Below are positions 38,027 through 42,631 of a stretch of 42,631 bases of DNA, piece by piece. Origin of the DNA: Bacillota bacterium. GTDB taxonomy: Bacteria > Bacillota > Clostridia > Lachnospirales > WQUN01. The stretch is taken from assembly GCA_009782085.1 (NCBI GenBank), contig WQUN01000203.1:1-42631 (forward strand). Direction: 5' to 3'. Every line of letters starts with the position of its first letter. The first letter of the stretch is position 1. The notes beneath the pieces were generated by a model that worked only from the letters and a program-made list of their open reading frames with translations, searched no databases and was not told where the DNA came from. The position numbers and the translations under genes are program-made.

Positions 38027-38921
38027 ATCCCTCGTACGCCGCAGTGATCACCGCGCCGCAGCACAGGACCGGCAGCAGCAGCCAGTCCGCGAAAAAGGCG
38101 AAATACGGGATCAGACGCGCCGCTTCTGTTATTATAACACCGACGGCGGTTCTTGCATACATTCCCAGGCTGTTTCCGCGGGAATATTCGGGCAAAAATA
38201 CGGAACCGGCACGCCGGTTCGCGGCGAACAGGATTTTGCCCAGTGCCCGGCCGAACGAAACTTCGCCCAAAAGCGTCGCGGTAAAAACCGCGCCGAGCGC
38301 CAGAAGCGCGGCCGGAACGCCGACGGCCGACAGCATGAACACCGCGGCGACTGCCGCCGCCCCGGCGCAGAAGGCCAGCCCGTTCCGCGCGGTTTTAAGC
38401 GGACGCCTGAGTAAAAACGCGGCCCCCTGCGCGAAAAAGCCCTTTTTCAGCGCCGCCGCGCCCAGAACGAAGGCGAGCCTCAGGGCCTTTCCGATCAGCG
38501 CAAGCGCCCAGCCCGGCGGAACGCCGCTGTAGACCCAGGCGCCGTCCGTCCGCGTCCACCTCCCGAGGGCCGGGAGCCCGAAAAAGCTCCTGACAAAGTC
38601 CGGCTCGGCCTCGCCGCCGCTATGTACGATTACACTGGAAAAGAGGGAATAGACCTGCCCGCCGTAGTCCCCGGAGAGCTCCAGGCCGGAAAAGATCAGG
38701 TACGCGTCCCCGCCGAGGTTTCCCGCAAAAACGCCGCTTTTGACGCACAGGATGTTTCCGTCGCAGCCTTCGGCCGAAGCGTTCGTAAAGAAAAAAAAGG
38801 ATTGGCCGGTAACCCCGCCGAACGCAAAAACACGCGCCGGCGTCATAAACGCCAGCGCGGCGGCTGAGAGCAAAAGGATGAACACCCTTTTATACGCCTT
38901 GTCCATGAGGCGGGGTATCAC
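37995..38921 (-). CDS. Polytopic membrane protein, unknown function
   Basis: The 308-aa ORF has a signal-like N-terminus (VFILLLSAAALAFMTPARVFA), a Gly-rich extracytoplasmic segment, and then several hydrophobic helices. It is co-directional with the sigma/anti-sigma pair. Confidence 0.6.
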   Translation of the reverse strand: MIPRLMDKAYKRVFILLLSAAALAFMTPARVFAFGGVTGQSFFFFTNASAEGCDGNILCVKSGVFAGNLGGDAYLIFSGLELSGDYGGQVYSLFSSVIVHSGGEAEPDFVRSFFGLPALGRWTRTDGAWVYSGVPPGWALALIGKALRLAFVLGAAALKKGFFAQGAAFLLRRPLKTARNGLAFCAGAAAVAAVFMLSAVGVPAALLALGAVFTATLLGEVSFGRALGKILFAANRRAGSVFLPEYSRGNSLGMYARTAVGVIITEAARLIPYFAFFADWLLLPVLCCGAVITAAYEGFVKKVFLGDA

Positions 38922-38930
38922 GGTCTTTTA

Positions 38931-39494
38931 TCACCTTGTTTTCACGGGTTCTCTTTTGCGCGCGAAAAACTGCACCGCGGCCAATATGACAAAGATCGCC
39001 ACCACCGCGTACTTTATGGGCTCCGCATAGGCGTACACTCCGTTCGCGAATGCCCGCCAGCCGGCGGCGATATTCCCCGCCAGATCGGAAACGTAGGCGT
39101 AGACCGGGGAAATCAGCGCCATGAAGTTCGCGTATGCCGCATTTTGGGACATATCGGCGAGGATGGCGTCCCTGTTCAGCACCAATATCAGCCCCAGGCC
39201 GATCAGAACCGAGAAAACGCCCCATATCCCGTAGACCACGCCGTCGAAGAACTCCGGCGAGCGCGCTATGGCCGGCAAGGCGCGTATCTTCCCCATCACG
39301 GCCTCCTCGAAGCCCTCCGGCGCGCATATCAGCTCCGTTTCGGAAAAATCCGCCATTATGCCCCGGTAGGCCGCGAAGTCCTCGGCGCAGGTAGCGCACG
39401 TTCCCGCGTGCCTCTCGAGCTCCGCCGCCTCCCGCGCCGACAGCGGCCCGTCCATGAACTTCATCATATATTCTCCCGCCTTATGACAATCCAT
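38931..39494 (-). CDS. Anti-sigma factor with zf-HC2 zinc-binding motif and C-terminal transmembrane segments
   Basis: The start is set to ATG 39494, with AGGAG 10 nt upstream. MDCHKAGEYMMKFMDGPLSAREAAELERHAGTCATCAEDF carries the H-x3-C-x2-C motif. It overlaps the sigma gene stop by 14 nt. Confidence 0.8.
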   Translation of the reverse strand: MDCHKAGEYMMKFMDGPLSAREAAELERHAGTCATCAEDFAAYRGIMADFSETELICAPEGFEEAVMGKIRALPAIARSPEFFDGVVYGIWGVFSVLIGLGLILVLNRDAILADMSQNAAYANFMALISPVYAYVSDLAGNIAAGWRAFANGVYAYAEPIKYAVVAIFVILAAVQFFARKREPVKTR

Positions 39495-40086
39495 AGTTCC
39501 CACTCTCCTTTACGCGTATTTTCATAAGGCTCTCCTTCAACATCTTCCTCCCCCGGAAAATCCGGTTTTTCACCTTGGACAGGGGCTCGTCGATAATGTC
39601 CGATATCTCCTGATAGCTCAGCCCCTGCTGGTGATACAGAACTATCGGTATTTTGTACATGTCCGGCAGTTCCCCGACGACGCGGGCGAGCTGCTCCTTC
39701 TGCTCCCTGCGCAGATATTCCGTCTCCGGGGACGCGCCGGAGTCCATCTCGTACTCCACGCTCTCGAGAGGCACCGTCTCGGCCCGTTTCTTGCGCCGGC
39801 TGTCTATCACGTGGTTGGTGGTGATCCGCATGACCCACGTGCTGAACTTGTATTCCGGGTAGTATTTATCGAGGTTCTTGTAGATCTTGACGAACACGTC
39901 CTGCGCCAGGTCCGCGGCTTCGTCCCGGTCGGAGTGCATCCTGAGGATAATCGAATACACGAGGTTCTTATAGCGTCTGACGAGCTCCGCGAAGCATTCC
40001 TGGCTTTTCTCGCGCGTCTTCGCCCGCAGAACGCCGCGGATCAGGTCGAAGTCGGTCTGGTCGGTTATCGGGTCTATAGGGATCAC
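39481..40086 (-). CDS. ECF-type (group 4) RNA polymerase sigma-70 family factor
   Basis: Region 2 is LVRRYKNLVYSIILRMHSDRDEAADLAQDVFVKIYKNLDKY....F.TW..RIT.N..ID..R. Region 4 is LPDMYKIPIVLYHQQGLSYQEISDIIDEPLSKVKNRIFRGRKMLKE. The start is GTG 40086. Confidence 0.92.
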   Translation of the reverse strand: MIPIDPITDQTDFDLIRGVLRAKTREKSQECFAELVRRYKNLVYSIILRMHSDRDEAADLAQDVFVKIYKNLDKYYPEYKFSTWVMRITTNHVIDSRRKKRAETVPLESVEYEMDSGASPETEYLRREQKEQLARVVGELPDMYKIPIVLYHQQGLSYQEISDIIDEPLSKVKNRIFRGRKMLKESLMKIRVKESGNYGLS

Positions 40087-40215
40087 CTCGGTTCGGGGGC
40101 CTTCTGCATACAGTATACCACAATTGCGGATTTATCGCCGCATACTGTAAAATACGTCGGATGACGCTTAAAGTCTGTTCTTACCCGGTAATCTCTCCGA
40201 TTGTGAACTGAGCCA

Positions 40216-40244
40216 TTGACAAATTGTGGACGGCTGGATAGAAT
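40216..40244 (+). promoter_or_regulatory. Candidate sigma-A promoter (TTGACA-17-TAGAAT)
   Basis: TTGACA lies at 40216-21, followed by a 17-nt spacer and TAGAAT at 40239-44. It is 42 nt upstream of ATG 40286, which has an AAAGAGG RBS. Confidence 0.6.
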
Positions 40245-40285
40245 GTTTTCAGTGTTGAATCAAAATAACTGTAAAGAGGTATTTT

Positions 40286-41680
40286 ATGTATTTTGAAAAA
40301 ATAAGCACGCCCGGCCTCGGCTGTTTTTCGCATGTTATCGGCTGCCCCGTTGCGGGCGTCATGGCCGTGGTCGACCCGCGCCGCGATGTCGGCGTGTACC
40401 TGCGCATAGCCGAAAAAAACGGGATGCGCGTCACGCATATCTTCGACACCCATGTCCACGCGGATCACGTAAGCGGCGCTTTGGAGCTGCGCGCCGCCAC
40501 CGGCGCCGACATTTACATCCACGAGAGCGCGCCCGTGGCCTATGAGGCAAAGAAGCTAAAAGACGGCGACGAGTTTCGCTTCGGCCGGGCCGTCCTCCGC
40601 GCGTTGCATACCCCCGGCCATACGCCCAATTCGGTGTCGTTTCTGGCCGCCGATCTGGACCGCTCCCCGGAGCCCCAGATGATCCTGACGGGCGACCTGC
40701 TCTTCGTGGGGGATGTGGGCCGGCCGGACCTGCCCGGCGACGAATTGCTGGAAGAACAGACGGAAAACCTGTACAACAGCCTGTATAAAATCCTGGGCGC
40801 ACTGCCGGATTGCCTGGAGGTCCACCCGAGCCACGGCCAGGGCTCGCTGTGCGGCTCCGGCATGAGCGAAAAGCCGTTCTCCACGCTGGGCTACGAGCGC
40901 CTGGCCAATCCGATGCTCCGATATCCCGATTTCGCGTCCTTCAAACAGGCCATTCTCTCCAAAGCGCCCATGCGTCCGCAGAGTTTCTCCGCCATCATCC
41001 GGGCGAACATGAACGGCGCCGCTCCGGCGCCCGGGCGCGCCGACAGCGCGCTTACCCCCGAAAAGACCGATGAACTTCGCCGGGACGGCGCGGCGCTTTT
41101 GGATCTGAGGGACGCCTTTTCCTTCGCGACGGCTTACATACCGGGCAGCGTAAACGTGGATTTTTCCGGCGGCCCCCGGCTTAACTGGGTCGGCGCGGCG
41201 GTCGCGCCCGATTCGCGGCTGGCGCTGATCCTGCCCTCCGACGACGGTTTTGAGGATATGCGGACCGAACTTCGGCGGATCGGTTACGACGGGGTCGAGG
41301 GCTGGCTTCGGGGCGGCGTCCGCGCCTGGATAGACAGCGGCCGCGGAACCGAAAGCCTGCCGTACCTGTCCGTTTCCGAACTGCGCGTGAGGCTGGCCGG
41401 GCCGAATCCCCCGGCGCTCCTGGACGTGCGCGGCCCGGAGGAGTTCAACGGCGGAAGAATAGACGGGGCAGTGAATCACACCTTTGAGATGATAATGAGA
41501 GGGGACGCCTGCCCGGCGGGCGCGGACACGGAAGCCGTCGTGGTCTGCCAGAGCGGGTTCCGCGCCGGCGTCGCCGCGAGTATGCTGAAGGCGCGCGGCT
41601 TGGCTAATATAAGCGTCCTGGCCGGCGGGATGGACGCGTGGCGCAATACGGCGGGAGATGAGCGGCAATGCCTGATGTGA
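40286..41680 (+). CDS. MBL-fold metallo-hydrolase (persulfide dioxygenase/ETHE1-like) fused to two rhodanese-like domains
   Basis: The MBL metal motifs are THVHADHVSG (HxHxDH), HTPGHTP and GDLLFVGDVGRPD. The C-terminus has two rhodanese-type domains, the second with the active-site loop VVCQSGFRAG. Confidence 0.9.
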   Translation: MYFEKISTPGLGCFSHVIGCPVAGVMAVVDPRRDVGVYLRIAEKNGMRVTHIFDTHVHADHVSGALELRAATGADIYIHESAPVAYEAKKLKDGDEFRFGRAVLRALHTPGHTPNSVSFLAADLDRSPEPQMILTGDLLFVGDVGRPDLPGDELLEEQTENLYNSLYKILGALPDCLEVHPSHGQGSLCGSGMSEKPFSTLGYERLANPMLRYPDFASFKQAILSKAPMRPQSFSAIIRANMNGAAPAPGRADSALTPEKTDELRRDGAALLDLRDAFSFATAYIPGSVNVDFSGGPRLNWVGAAVAPDSRLALILPSDDGFEDMRTELRRIGYDGVEGWLRGGVRAWIDSGRGTESLPYLSVSELRVRLAGPNPPALLDVRGPEEFNGGRIDGAVNHTFEMIMRGDACPAGADTEAVVVCQSGFRAGVAASMLKARGLANISVLAGGMDAWRNTAGDERQCLM

Positions 41681-42591
41681 TCATAATCGGCGGCGGCACG
41701 GCGGGGCTGACGGCGGCGATATACCTGCAGCGCGGCGCGCTTCGGTGCGTCGTGCTGGAAAAAGACGCGTTCGGCGGGCGGATCTTTCCGACGGCGTCGA
41801 TTGAGAACTATCCCGGCCTGCCCGGCGTTTCCGGAGAGGAATACAGCGAAAAGCTGCGCGCCCAGGCGGAGGCTTTCGGCGCGGAGCTTATACGGGGATC
41901 GGCCGCGGCCCTCGCGCGGGAAGAAGATATGTGGCTGGTTACGACGCGGGACGGCGCGCTCAGGGCTCCCGCCGTGATCCTCGCCACGGGCGAGCGCCGG
42001 CGGACCCTGGATATCCCCGGCGAGGCGGAATTCGCGGGGCGGGGCGTTTCCTCGTGCGCCGCGTGCGACGGAAACTTCTTCCGCGGCAAGGATGTGGCGG
42101 TCGTCGGCGGCGGCGACAAGGCGCTGGACGACGCGCTGCTGCTGGCCAGGCTGTGCCGTTCGGTGCACCTGATCCACCGGCGCGGCGAATTCCGCGCGGC
42201 GGGCGGGACGGCCGCGCTGGTCCGCGCGACGCCTAACATCAGCCTCCACATGTTTCAAACGCCCGTGCGCATCGGCGGCGGGCGGCGGGTGGAAAGCATA
42301 ACGCTGCGCGACGCGCGGGACGGGGGCGAGGCGGAGCTCGCGGTGTCCGGCGTGTTTGTGGCCGTCGGTTCCGCGCCGGAGACATCCCTTTGCGCAGGCA
42401 TCGTCCCGCTGGACGAAAACGGCTATATCGCCGCCGGAGAGGACTGCATTACGCCGGCGCCGGGCCTTTTCGCCGCGGGGGACGTAAGGCGGAAGGCGTT
42501 CAGGCAGCTTGTCACGGCAGCGGCTGACGGAGCGACCGCCGCGAAAGCGGCGGCGGATTATATCGGAGCCGGGACAAACGCACGCATGTGA
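41668..42591 (+). CDS. Thioredoxin-reductase-like FAD/NAD(P)H pyridine-nucleotide disulfide oxidoreductase
   Basis: VIIIGGGTAGLTAAIY is the FAD GxGxxG, CAACDG is the redox-active CxxC, VAVVGGGDKALDDA is the NAD(P)H site, and FAAGDV is also present. The start overlaps the MBL-rhodanese gene by 13 nt. Confidence 0.9.
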   Translation: MPDVIIIGGGTAGLTAAIYLQRGALRCVVLEKDAFGGRIFPTASIENYPGLPGVSGEEYSEKLRAQAEAFGAELIRGSAAALAREEDMWLVTTRDGALRAPAVILATGERRRTLDIPGEAEFAGRGVSSCAACDGNFFRGKDVAVVGGGDKALDDALLLARLCRSVHLIHRRGEFRAAGGTAALVRATPNISLHMFQTPVRIGGGRRVESITLRDARDGGEAELAVSGVFVAVGSAPETSLCAGIVPLDENGYIAAGEDCITPAPGLFAAGDVRRKAFRQLVTAAADGATAAKAAADYIGAGTNARM

Positions 42592-42631
42592 TACGCATGT
42601 GATATTGCACAAATAAATGTGACAATACCTG

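Noticed and set aside
40087-40215. ECF-type autoregulated promoter (GAAC..CGT) upstream of the sigma gene
   Set aside because: The only GAAC/CGTA pair has a 20-nt spacer, which is too long. A TG-n-TATACT extended -10 is present, but the -35 is poor. I was not confident enough to annotate it.
42592-42631. Terminator or further gene at the right edge
   Set aside because: Only 40 nt are visible, with no hairpin or ORF start that can be supported.

Overview
High-GC chromosomal window, most consistent with a Clostridia/Bacillota organism (sepF-yggT-ylmH cluster, GerMN protein, GGAGG-type ribosome-binding sites). All calls come from reading the sequence and ORF translations by eye; no searches or computations were run. 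(1) Bases 1-13371, minus strand, are one long tightly packed operon for a B12-dependent propanediol-type bacterial microcompartment (BMC). Gene order is class II aldolase, histidine phosphatase, pduC, pduD, [AT-rich chorismate-mutase gene], pduE, pduG, [lower-GC HAD phosphatase gene], pduH, pduO, pduP-like aldehyde dehydrogenase, Zn-alcohol dehydrogenase, two BMC-H shell genes and an acidic repeat ORF that runs off the left edge. Encapsulation-peptide-like amphipathic helices are visible on the aldehyde dehydrogenase, the Zn-ADH and PduD (N-terminal) and on the aldolase (C-terminal, after a Cys-rich linker). (2) The rest is mainly housekeeping: PHP phosphoesterase, pcrA, a ZTP riboswitch with terminator in front of purH, a GerMN protein, a DUF218 protein, a GH4 glycosidase, guaB plus a LeuA-like (Re-citrate-synthase-type) gene, yggS-sepF-yggT-ylmH, an orphan ribbon-helix-helix gene, and an SDR. 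It also holds a large GH42/GH14-like hydrolase with an in-frame 117-bp tandem repeat, an AT-rich island with an APH/choline-kinase-fold gene, a GGDEF cyclase translationally coupled to a nuclease-helicase, tsaD, an ECF sigma/anti-sigma module, and an MBL-rhodanese plus TrxR-like pair. (3) Intergenic space is saturated with small repeats. These comprise at least four hairpin/MITE-like families (one copy with perfect 17-bp terminal inverted repeats and a 7-bp target duplication), an eight-unit ~86-bp tandem array that repeats the last codons of the PHP gene and shows inversion of an internal palindrome, and several short tandem repeats at gene 3' ends. No rRNA, tRNA, CRISPR array, transposase or integrase was recognised.
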